Positions 48,740 to 59,000 of a DNA stretch of 64,000 nucleotides are shown here, piece by piece. Source of the DNA: an uncultured virus (IMG/VR IMGVR_UViG_3300020398_000005) (taxonomy: Duplodnaviria > Heunggongvirae > Uroviricota > Caudoviricetes); IMG/VR virus record IMGVR_UViG_3300020398_000005, positions 1-64,000 of that record; one strand, written 5' to 3'. Position 1 is the first letter of the stretch, and every line of letters begins with the position of its first letter. Made by a program: the position numbers and the translations under genes. The notes under the pieces are model-generated. The model ran no database searches. It worked only from the letters and a program-made list of their open reading frames with translations, and was not told where the DNA came from.

Positions 48740-49310
48740 CGTCGACATATACAACGCACAACACACAATGTCCGCTAAACTGACAAATTTCTTGTCAAGT
48801 AATTTTTCAGACTACGACAATATTTTAAACGACAAAGCAAGGCTCGCCACTATGTTTTGGATTTCCGCCGCCATACGTGATATGGATATTCTAAACGACA
48901 AAAACATGGTTATATGCGGCGATAACGGTATACTGGGATCACACTTGGCAAGTACTACAGAGCTTCGCAGAATAGTCACGGTCGGCCACGGACTGTGTAG
49001 TGATCTACAACACATAAACCGCGCCAACGTAATTGAAACACCTATTAACCACACCCATGATTACGAGTCCAGCGATTTTATTTTACACTGTTCATTTGAC
49101 TCAATTGAAAATGCAGGTGACTGGTTTTCTGGAACTACAAGAAAACCATTATTTGGTCTTGTCGCAACGCACGCTAGTGAAGGATCAACACAACCTATAA
49201 AGTGCGCTGATGACCTTATACGCTTGTCTGGATTAAATACCGTATATTACAATGGCACTATACACTTTCCCGGTCAATCTAAGACGATGATAATAGGTAA
49301 ATTCGAATGA
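48693..49310 (+). CDS. Rossmann/methyltransferase-like protein (degenerate)
   Basis: VICGDNGILG glycine-rich loop; position between the GT and GNAT genes. Confidence 0.35.
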   Translation: MMRFMNMEMTFLNWSDVDIYNAQHTMSAKLTNFLSSNFSDYDNILNDKARLATMFWISAAIRDMDILNDKNMVICGDNGILGSHLASTTELRRIVTVGHGLCSDLQHINRANVIETPINHTHDYESSDFILHCSFDSIENAGDWFSGTTRKPLFGLVATHASEGSTQPIKCADDLIRLSGLNTVYYNGTIHFPGQSKTMIIGKFE

Positions 49311-49768
49311 CAGTAAATGTGGTAAAGATCAGTTTTGACGAAATCAAAGAGATATGGTCGAATGAACTATGGCCGGGACGAAAAGATGTGAATCCTTTCA
49401 GTACTATGCTACCATACGGCGGTAACGATATCGATATGGATAAGATTGCTAGGCCTGTATTTATTGCAGTCATGCATGACGACTTATTAGCTGGTGTGAA
49501 TAGTGTGCATTATACAGGCCACGGCATGGCTCGTAGTCGCGGGCTGTATGTTCGTCCAGCATACAGAGGAAAAGGTTACGGTGTGACCTTACTCAACGAA
49601 AGTAAAAAGGCAGCAAGGGATGAATATAACGCCGATTACTTGTGGTCGTTACCGAAGAAGTCGGGGTGGAAAACATATTCAGCCGCTGACTTCGTAAAGT
49701 ACAGCGACTGGCTTTCGGGTTTTGAGTACGGCCCTAACGCATACGCCATGGCCAAACTATCTGGTTGA
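49307..49768 (+). CDS. GNAT-family acetyltransferase
   Basis: GLYVRPAYRGKGYG acetyl-CoA motif A. Confidence 0.88.
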   Translation: MTVNVVKISFDEIKEIWSNELWPGRKDVNPFSTMLPYGGNDIDMDKIARPVFIAVMHDDLLAGVNSVHYTGHGMARSRGLYVRPAYRGKGYGVTLLNESKKAARDEYNADYLWSLPKKSGWKTYSAADFVKYSDWLSGFEYGPNAYAMAKLSG

Positions 49769-50062
49769 GGCCCATACCTTTTCTTCTATTTCGCGCGCCA
49801 AACGGAGAACGTGGTCGACGTCTATGACCACTTTCACCATCATTATATCATTCTTGCTTAACTTTTCGTTAATCATTTCTAATAACGAAACCCTCGCATC
49901 AGGTTCGTAATCAACTTCAGTTACTTCCCCGCTTACGTGTATTAAATCAATCCTGACAATGAACTTGAACGATAGCTGCTTTATAGACAAACTAGATATG
50001 AGCTCACTCGCCTCGTATGGATCCGCTGTACAAAAGTCAGCCGCGGCGAGTACTATGTTCAT
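49757..50062 (-). CDS. Hypothetical protein
   Basis: 101-aa coupled ORF. Confidence 0.55.
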   Translation of the reverse strand: MNIVLAAADFCTADPYEASELISSLSIKQLSFKFIVRIDLIHVSGEVTEVDYEPDARVSLLEMINEKLSKNDIMMVKVVIDVDHVLRLAREIEEKVWASTR

Positions 50063-50724
50063 CGAGTAGACGCTCGCTTGCCGCCTTTGCGCAAATCAGG
50101 CTCAAGTTCATACGCACGTTTGCGAAGTTCTTTGCCTGCTTTTTCCAAGTCACGTGCCATTTCGATAATAACACGAGCGTCGCTTTTGGCAGTGTATTGC
50201 TCAACCACAGTAGTTAGCTCAAACTCAGTACCGGATGACCCAGTAGTTGGCGCAGTGGTGTTGTCAGCTTGCGTCACGGATTCTTGAATGTTTTCTACTT
50301 TACCGGCTTGGGCTAGTTCGGCGACGGCTTCAGCTGCGCCAATATCGTCGCCGTGCATCTTTGCGTTGAGTTCACGCAGGCCAATTGACTTGGCATCGTT
50401 TAAAATCATCACAACGGTGTCCACAGGAACCTTTTTAATGTAGCCGTAGTCTTGTAGAGTTTTAAGCACATTACCTTTGTTTGTACTGAAAACACAGTCA
50501 CGAGAACCAAGATAAGTCGCAACGTCATTTGCTTGTTGTCCAGCAGTGCTACGGACAAACGTCATCATTTCAGTGTCATACGGGGCTGTAAGAGACTCAA
50601 ACGGACATACCAGCGCATGCTCGTTATCATACGTATTCGGTGTAAGCGGAACACGGTGCCACAGCACGACATACTTCGTTCCGGTATTCGCGCATTTGGC
50701 TAAGTGTTTAGTAATTGTTTGCAT
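50059..50724 (-). CDS. Hypothetical jumbo-phage protein
   Basis: Likely start ATG 50724 (GGAG SD); C-terminal coiled coil ...AYELEP. Confidence 0.65.
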   Translation of the reverse strand: MQTITKHLAKCANTGTKYVVLWHRVPLTPNTYDNEHALVCPFESLTAPYDTEMMTFVRSTAGQQANDVATYLGSRDCVFSTNKGNVLKTLQDYGYIKKVPVDTVVMILNDAKSIGLRELNAKMHGDDIGAAEAVAELAQAGKVENIQESVTQADNTTAPTTGSSGTEFELTTVVEQYTAKSDARVIIEMARDLEKAGKELRKRAYELEPDLRKGGKRASTR

Positions 50725-50725
50725 G

Positions 50726-51160
50726 TTATTCTCCGGTTTCTTCTTGTTCTTCTTGTTCTTGTTCCTTCGACTGTTCGGCGTTGGAACGATCAACTGACAT
50801 TAACAAGCCTTTGAGCTTAGAAGCAACGACACCTATTTGTGCAAATTCTTCTAGCTGGAACGCACCTCTGTTCGCAGCCAAAGACAGCGCTTCAAGTAAT
50901 ATTCTCAAGTCAGCTACTGTTAACGAAGCTTGGTGTTGACTAACGGCAGCGGCTTGTGCAGGCGCATCATTAGACGTTTGTGTTTCTAGCGCCGCGGTTA
51001 AGTCGGAAATCATCACCTTAATATCTTTAAGGCGGAGTTTCTCCGTGCCGTTTACTGTGTATTGACCACCTTTAAAAATTTCAATACTGGGTTCTTCACC
51101 ATGAACTTGCTTGTATAGATCACTGAACTCGGCGATAATTTTCTCAGATTGTTTTGACAT
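50726..51160 (-). CDS. Hypothetical jumbo-phage protein (RGAF motif)
   Basis: LTVADL...AANRGAF..EE..IG; GTAAATA upstream. Confidence 0.65.
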   Translation of the reverse strand: MSKQSEKIIAEFSDLYKQVHGEEPSIEIFKGGQYTVNGTEKLRLKDIKVMISDLTAALETQTSNDAPAQAAAVSQHQASLTVADLRILLEALSLAANRGAFQLEEFAQIGVVASKLKGLLMSVDRSNAEQSKEQEQEEQEETGE

Positions 51161-51228
51161 TTTATATTTCTCACTGTGAATATGTTTTGTTGTATGTGTT
51201 ATTTACGCGATGCGTTTTTCAGGGCATG

Positions 51229-51251
51229 AAAAAGCCGCTCAAAAGCGGCTT
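51229..51251 (-). terminator. Intrinsic terminator after the vWA gene
   Basis: Minus strand AAGCCGCT-TTTG-AGCGGCTTTTT. Confidence 0.75.
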
Positions 51252-51261
51252 GCAAAAATGT

Positions 51262-51297
51262 GTAACATTTTAAAATGTTACTAGATCTTGTAACATT
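51262..51297. repeat. Palindromic GTAACATT triple element
   Basis: 20-bp perfect palindrome GTAACATTTTAAAATGTTAC plus a third GTAACATT at 51290-51297. Confidence 0.75.
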
Positions 51298-52732
51298 ATT
51301 TCTTGGTACTGTCGTACCATACTGTTTTGCCGAACGGTGCTTCGATATTATGCTCCGGATCGTCACAGATCAACCAAATAGTCTCACAGTACTTCGGGTC
51401 GCCCCAGCTGCCGTACGGGTAGCCGTCAGTAGCAACAAGCAGGATCTTAGGTACTTCACGCTCACGCTTCAAATAATCGAAGATTGATGTAAAGCTGGTA
51501 CCACCACAGCCCACGAACTCAACTTTTTCTACATCAGCGATGTTGTTACGTGTAAAGTGGAAAATATTACGCGAATCAACTTCATCATCAAACGCAAACA
51601 CCTTCAAGCTAATTTGACTAAACTGAGAAAGCATGCCTTTAACTTCTGAAAGGAACTCGTTAAGGTTGCGTTGACTAATTGATCCTGAGTTGTCAATCGC
51701 AATTACTACTTCAACCTCATCGTCATACTCTTGCCCGGGTAGTACAAATGTACCGCGTCCAAATTGACGTCTATTAGGGCGAGCGTATGTGTGTAAGTTG
51801 CGGATATAACCTTTAGTGCGAGCCATAAAGTATTGTTTCCAATTCACTTGCGGCTTTCTCAAGTCACGCACAAAACGACGCACGTTGCCAGGAACGTTGC
51901 CTGCTCCTTTGCCTTGTGTCATATCAGCGTTGTCGTGTGCCTGTTGTACAGCACCAACGATCTCGCGTTGCAATTCTTGAATCTCGGCACGGGTTAATTT
52001 GTTGCCTTTACCGTCACCTTCTTGATCGCCGTCTTTGGAGTCGCCTGACTGGCTTTCTGCGTGATCGTCAAGTGTTGAACCGTAAGCTTCTCTGAGCAAC
52101 TGTTCTAGTTCTTCACGCGTAATTTGCTGTGAGCCTTCATCACTACCATCACCGCCGTCGCCGCCTTGGCCGCCGCCTTGGCCGCCGCCGGGTACTTTCA
52201 ACCCTCCGCCTTGGCCTGAGCCAGATTCATCAACGTCAATGCCGTGCTCGTTCTTCAGTTCATCTTTTAACAAGTCATAAACTTGCTCTGAAGTCATGCC
52301 ACTATACTTAGGGTCATACAAGCCAGTTGTTTCACCGTTAATAGTAGGTAGCGAGGTACCAAAGATTGTTGAGTTGAGTTCAATCATCTCACCATTAATA
52401 ACATAGTCGGTTGCCCAACCCCATAACGTGTGGTTGCGATTACCCACGCGAGCAATACCACCGTGTTCGTATACGTTATGCATGATTTCATGGCCAATAA
52501 CAAACGTTACGCCTTTTTGGTCATCAATTGACTCAGTCCACTTTTCGTTGAACTTAACCCATCGGCCGTTTGTTGCCATAGTATGAATGCGCGGGTCATC
52601 ACCGGGCACTTGAGAAAATGCTAAGCGGCTAACTAATACACCGAAAAACGGTTCGCTTAACATGATGTTTACTACGGCCTGCTTGACTCGAAACTTCGCG
52701 TCATGCTTGTCTTTACTAAACGGGTTTCTCAT
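51296..52732 (-). CDS. DUF2201-type metallopeptidase-like plus vWA domain protein
   Basis: HEIMH (HExxH), ATDYVIN, Gly/acidic linker, MIDAS DNSGS, GGTSF, TDG. Confidence 0.88.
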   Translation of the reverse strand: MRNPFSKDKHDAKFRVKQAVVNIMLSEPFFGVLVSRLAFSQVPGDDPRIHTMATNGRWVKFNEKWTESIDDQKGVTFVIGHEIMHNVYEHGGIARVGNRNHTLWGWATDYVINGEMIELNSTIFGTSLPTINGETTGLYDPKYSGMTSEQVYDLLKDELKNEHGIDVDESGSGQGGGLKVPGGGQGGGQGGDGGDGSDEGSQQITREELEQLLREAYGSTLDDHAESQSGDSKDGDQEGDGKGNKLTRAEIQELQREIVGAVQQAHDNADMTQGKGAGNVPGNVRRFVRDLRKPQVNWKQYFMARTKGYIRNLHTYARPNRRQFGRGTFVLPGQEYDDEVEVVIAIDNSGSISQRNLNEFLSEVKGMLSQFSQISLKVFAFDDEVDSRNIFHFTRNNIADVEKVEFVGCGGTSFTSIFDYLKREREVPKILLVATDGYPYGSWGDPKYCETIWLICDDPEHNIEAPFGKTVWYDSTKK

Positions 52733-52765
52733 AATCTTAAACCTTATTTGTTATTAAGTACGTCG

Positions 52766-52794
52766 AATATAACAAAGGCAACCAAAGTAGTAAA
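52766..52794 (-). promoter_or_regulatory. Sigma70-like promoter
   Basis: TTTACT-N17-TATATT. Confidence 0.6.
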
Positions 52795-52826
52795 CACTTC
52801 TGGTCACTTTTTATATTTTTTTTATT

Positions 52827-53162
52827 TTACTCGTCGTTTCCGCAGTGAACACAAATATATGAGCGGTGTGTTGGTTTCTTGCAAGCTCTGCAACGCGCAG
52901 TGGGAACAAAAGCGTCGACTAGGGTGCGCAGAAGCTCGTTTTCTTCGCGTAGCGACTTCAATTCGTTTTCCAAGTCGCTGTTAGCTCGAGCGGGCGAGGC
53001 ATCCGTTGTTGGTGCCTGCGGCGCTTGGAGATCTTCTAGCTCAGCAATCTTTGTTTTCATCTGCTCAAGACATGTGGTAGTTGCTGCGTTGAGCTCGCGT
53101 AACTTCTTTAAATATTCCATTTTATTCCTCGTCAGCAAACGTAACACAAAGCAACTTGTCAC
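52827..53162 (-). CDS. Coiled-coil plus zinc-ribbon protein
   Basis: CxxC...CxxC at the C-terminus; true start probably MEYLK. Confidence 0.6.
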   Translation of the reverse strand: MTSCFVLRLLTRNKMEYLKKLRELNAATTTCLEQMKTKIAELEDLQAPQAPTTDASPARANSDLENELKSLREENELLRTLVDAFVPTARCRACKKPTHRSYICVHCGNDE

Positions 53163-53466
53163 CGCACCATGCGTGAGCTGTGGCTTCTTCTAGCGCTGTA
53201 TCAGTTGTGTGAGTTACTAAGTCCGCTGGTATATCGAACGTAGCTAGTAGGGTTTCTGCGGCGCTGCGCCAGTTGTTGGTTGCAGCCATATCGAAAGTAC
53301 ATTTGAGTTTCGAAAAGCTATGCTCTAGAACTTCAACAGTAACAACGGGACGAGTAAATTTTTCAGTAACCATAATATTATGCTCCTTAGTCAGCAGGGA
53401 GGCCTTATGCCTCCGCTCCTTTGTTTGCTTTTTTCTCTTCAAGCAGGAATCTGAACTTAGCTTCAC
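53122..53466 (-). CDS. Hypothetical protein
   Basis: ORF; true start probably MVTEK after AAGGAG. Confidence 0.55.
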   Translation of the reverse strand: MKLSSDSCLKRKKQTKERRHKASLLTKEHNIMVTEKFTRPVVTVEVLEHSFSKLKCTFDMAATNNWRSAAETLLATFDIPADLVTHTTDTALEEATAHAWCGDKLLCVTFADEE

Positions 53467-54616
53467 GACGCATCAAGCTGTACACCGCGCTCTTTTTCCA
53501 CGCGTTCGGGTTGCGGCGCGCTAGTCCGCCAATTTTAAGCGCTGTTCGGATACTAACTTCATCCAAGTCATGCATATACACATTCAGGAAGTCAACGATT
53601 TCTTGCTTCATTTCGTCGTTCAACTCTAAACGGTTCTTCTCAAACAGGCCTGTACTAACAAGGCTTTTAATTCTGCGAATTTTATCTTCAACTGTACCGA
53701 TTTCCAAATCATAGTACAAGCTTCTTGACTTAAGTGCATCCAAGTGAGGTTTAATACGCACGCTACGAACACGATCAAAGTCAAGGTTAGAGATAAATAT
53801 CACACTACCGCAGAAGTCAAACTGTCTCGGAACGCCCTCTTCTTCAAGGATACGTGACTCAGCCATCCAGCTAATTGTACGTTTATGGTCAGTATCAAGC
53901 GCCGCTTTTAAAATGTTTAGGCTAACGTCGTCATAAAACAAAGTATCACAGTCATCAAACACCAATACTTGGCCTTTGTCTCTGTACTGAAATAGCTCTT
54001 GATAAAGCGCTATCGGGGTAATTGTGCCTTTAATAACGCGATATGTGCGTTCTTCAGAACCAAACGGGTTGGTTGCTGTGTGGTCACCTGTCAGGAACAT
54101 GCCGTTCGTGCACAAAAAGCGATAATACTCTTTGGCCACCGCGTTCACTAAGTGGCTTTTACCAATACCTGCCGGGCCACTAATAATCATGCTTGACACG
54201 TCACCTTCACACACTGACCAAGCAATGTCGCGTAATATATCAAAGCTCTGTTCAATACGCTCTAGAGCTTCTTCTTCAGTTTCAGAGTTACGGTATGCTA
54301 GCTCGTAACTTGTTTCGTCGCATGCTTCGCCAACCGCTTCAGCGATCGCTGTTTTCTGCGCTTGTGCTTTTTTAGCGTCTTTCATTGCTTTGCTTTGCAA
54401 AGTAATTGTTTCACCGTCATATTCTTCTAAAAACTCGAAGTTTTCAACGTCGTCAGAAAAAACACGCTTGCCTTTCTTTTGCATTGGAACAGGAACAGTA
54501 ACGTAATATGAATTTTTAACAGGAAGAAAAGTTGCAGAATTAGAGGTAGTTTCTAAAACACCGTTTAGTTCAGAATCGCCAGTAGTAGTCCAGCCATCAA
54601 CAATACGTACAAACAT
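53405..54616 (-). CDS. Phage AAA+ ATPase
   Basis: GPAGIGKS, VLVFDDCD, LKAALD, IFISN, ALKSR motifs. Confidence 0.85.
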   Translation of the reverse strand: MFVRIVDGWTTTGDSELNGVLETTSNSATFLPVKNSYYVTVPVPMQKKGKRVFSDDVENFEFLEEYDGETITLQSKAMKDAKKAQAQKTAIAEAVGEACDETSYELAYRNSETEEEALERIEQSFDILRDIAWSVCEGDVSSMIISGPAGIGKSHLVNAVAKEYYRFLCTNGMFLTGDHTATNPFGSEERTYRVIKGTITPIALYQELFQYRDKGQVLVFDDCDTLFYDDVSLNILKAALDTDHKRTISWMAESRILEEEGVPRQFDFCGSVIFISNLDFDRVRSVRIKPHLDALKSRSLYYDLEIGTVEDKIRRIKSLVSTGLFEKNRLELNDEMKQEIVDFLNVYMHDLDEVSIRTALKIGGLARRNPNAWKKSAVYSLMRREAKFRFLLEEKKANKGAEA

Positions 54617-54673
54617 AATTTCACCTTTAAATTCTGCGTTACTGCCTAATTGCTGTAACGCGTCAATATCTTA

Positions 54674-54702
54674 ATAGTAGACTATTAGGTGGTTGGTAGC
54701 AA
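54674..54702 (-). promoter_or_regulatory. Sigma70-like promoter
   Basis: TTGCTA-N17-TACTAT with an AT-rich upstream tract. Confidence 0.55.
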
Positions 54703-54740
54703 GAAAAGATTAAAAGAAAAGTGAAGTTTTTTTCAAACAT

Positions 54741-54767
54741 AAAAAAAGGCTGCAATATTGCAGCCTT
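54741..54767 (-). terminator. Intrinsic terminator after the MoxR gene
   Basis: AAGGCTGCAATATTGCAGCCTT followed by a T run on the minus strand. Confidence 0.8.
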
Positions 54768-54802
54768 CAAAGGGTAGGGCGTAGCCGCCCTTGTCAGAAA
54801 TC

Positions 54803-55939
54803 TTAAGCTAAGCCAAGCATTGGGCCGTACTCAGTAATAAATTTCGCAAAGTTCTTGTTTTGGGGCGGTACAATTTGTTCGCGGTTTGCCGCTGTCATGT
54901 ACTTCGCTCTCCAGCGTCTGATTAGTGAACTAACAGTAAAGAACGTCATTTCTGAAGTACAGAACTTTTCACAGAACTCGTATAAGTTGTCGAACATGAC
55001 ACTTGTGTTAGTGTTACCGATGCCCGTTTCCTTTTTGTCCTTGTCGTACTGCTCAATCATCTCAAGCACAGCACCGTAAGTCAAGCTATAAAACGCTGAT
55101 TGCTTTTCGATTTTTAAGTTCTTGTCGTAGTTGCCTTCAAGGATTTGTCGCGGAGTCGGTAGCGAGCTAATATACTCCATGTGCACAACAAACTCGTTCG
55201 CAATACCGTCACCGACAGCACCGGCAACCATCAAGTCAAGTGTTTCGTTGTCAGCTTCACCTTTTAGTAGGATGTCGCTAACCACTTCCCATGAACGCGG
55301 TGTTGCAAAGCTGTACGACTCGTTTTTAAGCGCTTCGTCAAATGTGTTCAAGTGGCTCTTACGGTGCATCAAGTAAGCAATAACCTCACGTGCCAAGCCG
55401 TTTTCGATTGCCCATTCTTGCCATTCTTCGAAGTTAACTTCAAGATTTACAAAGATAAAGCGGTTACGTAGCGGCATAGCCATGTCGAAAGTAGCGCCGC
55501 GATCTTCTGTTCTGTTACCGGCAGCAACAATGTCAACACCCGGCGGAAGTTCGTAATCACCTAACTTGCGATCAAGTACTAGCTGATAAGCTGCCGACTG
55601 TACAAGAGGCGGTGCAGTGTTAAGCTCGTCAAGGAAAATAATAGCGTTCGCTAGTTTTTCGTTAGTAGGAAGCGTTGACGGCTCTGCCCATTCCATCTTT
55701 TTAGTTTCTGGGTCAAAGTAAGGTACACCACGAATATCGGTGCTGTCAAACTGTGCCAAGCGCATGTCAATTACCGGACGGTTTGAGCGGTTTGCAATTT
55801 GTGCAATAATTTGAGATTTACCTACGCCAGGCTGTCCCATAATCATAATAGAACGCTTGATACGGAATGCTGTTTCAACGCACTTAACAAGTGATTTCGG
55901 CGTTGCTTTGCGTGCGGTGTCTATACTATTCTCTGACAT
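54803..55939 (-). CDS. MoxR-family AAA+ ATPase
   Basis: GQPGVGKS, DIRG.P, IFLDELN, AAGN, PLRNRF, TPRSWE motifs. Confidence 0.9.
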   Translation of the reverse strand: MSENSIDTARKATPKSLVKCVETAFRIKRSIMIMGQPGVGKSQIIAQIANRSNRPVIDMRLAQFDSTDIRGVPYFDPETKKMEWAEPSTLPTNEKLANAIIFLDELNTAPPLVQSAAYQLVLDRKLGDYELPPGVDIVAAGNRTEDRGATFDMAMPLRNRFIFVNLEVNFEEWQEWAIENGLAREVIAYLMHRKSHLNTFDEALKNESYSFATPRSWEVVSDILLKGEADNETLDLMVAGAVGDGIANEFVVHMEYISSLPTPRQILEGNYDKNLKIEKQSAFYSLTYGAVLEMIEQYDKDKKETGIGNTNTSVMFDNLYEFCEKFCTSEMTFFTVSSLIRRWRAKYMTAANREQIVPPQNKNFAKFITEYGPMLGLA

Positions 55940-55981
55940 TTTCTAACCCTTTTTAATGTTGGTTTGTTTAAGACAGTACCT

Positions 55982-56009
55982 AGTATAGACATCCATATTT
56001 TTTTGTCAA
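55982..56009 (-). promoter_or_regulatory. Strong sigma70-like early promoter
   Basis: TTGACA-N16-TATACT with an A-rich UP-like tract. Confidence 0.7.
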
Positions 56010-56033
56010 CTAGTTTTTCTATTTTTTTAAAAA

Positions 56034-59000
56034 TTATTTTTTGTCGACACTCCCGTCTATATTGATTACGAACTGATCACTGTTAATTGGGTTGTCTATC
56101 TGCTTAAGTACACCCAAGTCGCCAGGTATTGTTCTATCTACTCTCAATTCCCATACCTCTGTATCGAAGTTATAAACGTAAACTTGGTCAGTTTGCACTA
56201 CATATACAGTGCCTTGGTCAAAAGCGCCTTCTAAATATATGTTGGACCAAGTACTCTTTGGCTGGCTGCGGTTCGCATATCCATAACTATGTGGCTCATT
56301 TCCTACCCATGCTAATTCCGGGTATTCTTCAGTGTTAACTTCTATTAGTGAGTTAGGATTATCCTTGGGATCACCGTTTGGATTGCCGCGCGTTGTTACC
56401 CACATACGTATAATAGGACCGTCACGTTCTATACGACAGCGCCTTGCACTGGGACGCCACTCGTTTATCCCGTTATGTGTAGCAGTATAAGTCGCTCTAA
56501 TAGTAAGCGGCGCTTCTACCAAGTCATCAGGGTTTGCCGCATTTGATCGAGTATACACAAAAGCCCAACCGGTGGCCAAGCTCATGCCTCTATAGCCAGC
56601 GCCGTTTTGTGTATTAAATGCGAGTATGGCATGGTTAACTGAGCCTTCACGCTTAAAGGCAGCAATCATATCAATCTCGTCGTCATCGTTGTGGTCAGAA
56701 GAAAGAGTAGCCTCAAAAGTCAAGCTACTTGTTTTATCCGGACTAACAAAGCCAGTCAAGTTAGGGTGGTTCTCTGTTCCGATTATTTGCTCAAGCGATG
56801 CGTCATAATAATATGAGTCGGCGCCGTTAGCCGCAGCGGTGCCGCCAGGATAGAAGTGACCGTTAGAAAAACGGTCCCAATTGTTGAACACCTCAGCCGG
56901 AGTAGGCGCGTTGTAATCGCGCATGTACGCTTGAGCTTCAGATAATGTTTCGAACATAAGAGCTTGTTGAATAGGTAACACCGCTGCTGAAATTGTAACT
57001 ATACCTTCATGATTGGAAGCCAACATCCTTTCTTCTAAGTTTGTTATAGCCACACGGAACTGTTCTTCTGTTTCGGTAACGTTGTCGCGCAACACACGAA
57101 CGGATATATTCTTAACGCTGTCACCTTCATTAAACGTTACTGACGCATTAGTCACATTGAAGTCCGGTTCAAGCACGGTGTTGTAGTTCTCAATCTCTGC
57201 TGTATTTGACAACCCAGCATGACTACCTGTCAACTGCTCTAGCCCGTCTATAATAGGGTTGCCACCGTATGTTGCTCGATAGTTGTCAAAGTTAGTAGCG
57301 ACAAGTGAGCGGTGCACGCTGCCCTTAAAGTTAGCATAAAACCTACGAGCAAGGTTATTGGCGTTGGCAACGTACCCGGATGATCCTGTGTCATTCCCGT
57401 TAGACGTCACTATATACAGACCCACTTTATCACGACGAACGGCACTTTCAATAGCATCACCTAGTAAACTAGATATGTTGCCAGGGTAATCCTGCGACAA
57501 GCTACTAACGAAAATAATTGCACCATAGTCAGTAAGCGTGGTTGAATCCACTTCACTAATATATTTGGTGTTCACTGTATAACCGGCTTCGTTTAACAAA
57601 TTGCGCATAGCTTTGCCATATGACGTACCCGATGTAGAATCCTTTACACTCAGCGAGCTTTCATTATCACCAAGTATAAGTACGTTGGATTTGCCAGTGC
57701 CGTATGTTAGGAAATCCATAATATTCCTAAACATTTTGTATTCAACAGTGTTGTTCGAAGGACGGTTATCCCATGTATTGTTCCTGTACTTTTGCACAGA
57801 CGGATCAAACACAACTTTAATATCGCTGAAGTCACAATACATTAACCCAGTTCTTCCCGAGGTGTCACTAAATGCTTCTAACGGGCGAGATTCTGTACTG
57901 TTAGACCTAGCCGTTTCATCTACGGTAGCGTAATTAACAGTTATATTACGTCCCTCGACAGGCTCACTCGCAATTATCTGCAAGTCAACGTCAATATACG
58001 CACTATCTTCTGGTTCCGACACAGTGGCTGATGTGATACGGAACTTAGGATAGTTAACAAGGTTTCGTATTGTTAAGGTTGCGTTGCCGTCAACTACTTC
58101 TCCGGTGTCATTATCTGTTACTGCTAAATTAATAGTTACTTCAGTATCATCCGGCACATCAAAAGTAGTAAGAAGCGCGTTTAATAAGTGCGGGGCTGAT
58201 ATGCTGTAAAAACTATTGCCAGATACTTGGCTCCACTGGTAGCTAAAATTACCGCTGCCGCCCGTAATAACCGGCACCAATCCAAGACCTGCGTCTTGTT
58301 GATTCTCATCCACTGACATTGAGTTCATACGCAGAGATAGCCGTCCGCGTGTGTCGATCACATTTATAGTCGACTCTGCTAGGTACTCTTCCCATGAATA
58401 CAAATCAATAACGCGCACTTGCAACACCAGGGACTCATTCTGGTAAAATACAGGGTTGGTGCCTGCGTTCAATACGGCCGAGAGTTGGTCAGGATCTGTT
58501 ATAGTAAGGTCCATGCCGGGCTCACTCGTACTCAAAATCCTCCATGCATAGTTAAACGCTTCAGATCCACCAGTAACAGTAACCAAATTTGACAGGTTTA
58601 GCGACGAGCGGTGATCCATAGTTGCGCCTTCCAACGTAACTACGGCTTCTGATACCTCGTAACCGTCTTGTTCATCTAAGTGCGTAACAACCGTATACTC
58701 TGGCTTAGAGTCAGTCATGTCAATATTAGCCACACTATACGAGTGGTCAACATTTATTCTGAACTCGCCACCTATCGGTTGCGTCTCCGGGTCACTATGA
58801 CATAACACTCTAAACGAAACAAAGTTAGCCTGGACTGCCGTCTGTAGCGCGTTCAGTTGTATACCAGGATCGCCCGGGCCAAATTTGGCTTGGACTTCAA
58901 TGCGATTGGAGGTACCCGCGTCGTAATATCCGCTTGGTAAACTATACTCGTATACAGTTTGATACTCGTTAGTCAGGTCATAAAATCCCAGTATATTACC

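Noticed and set aside
52140..52215. Short GC-rich tandem repeat (CCGCCTTGGCCG)
   Set aside because: It encodes the GGGQ/GGDG linker typical of DUF2201-vWA proteins.
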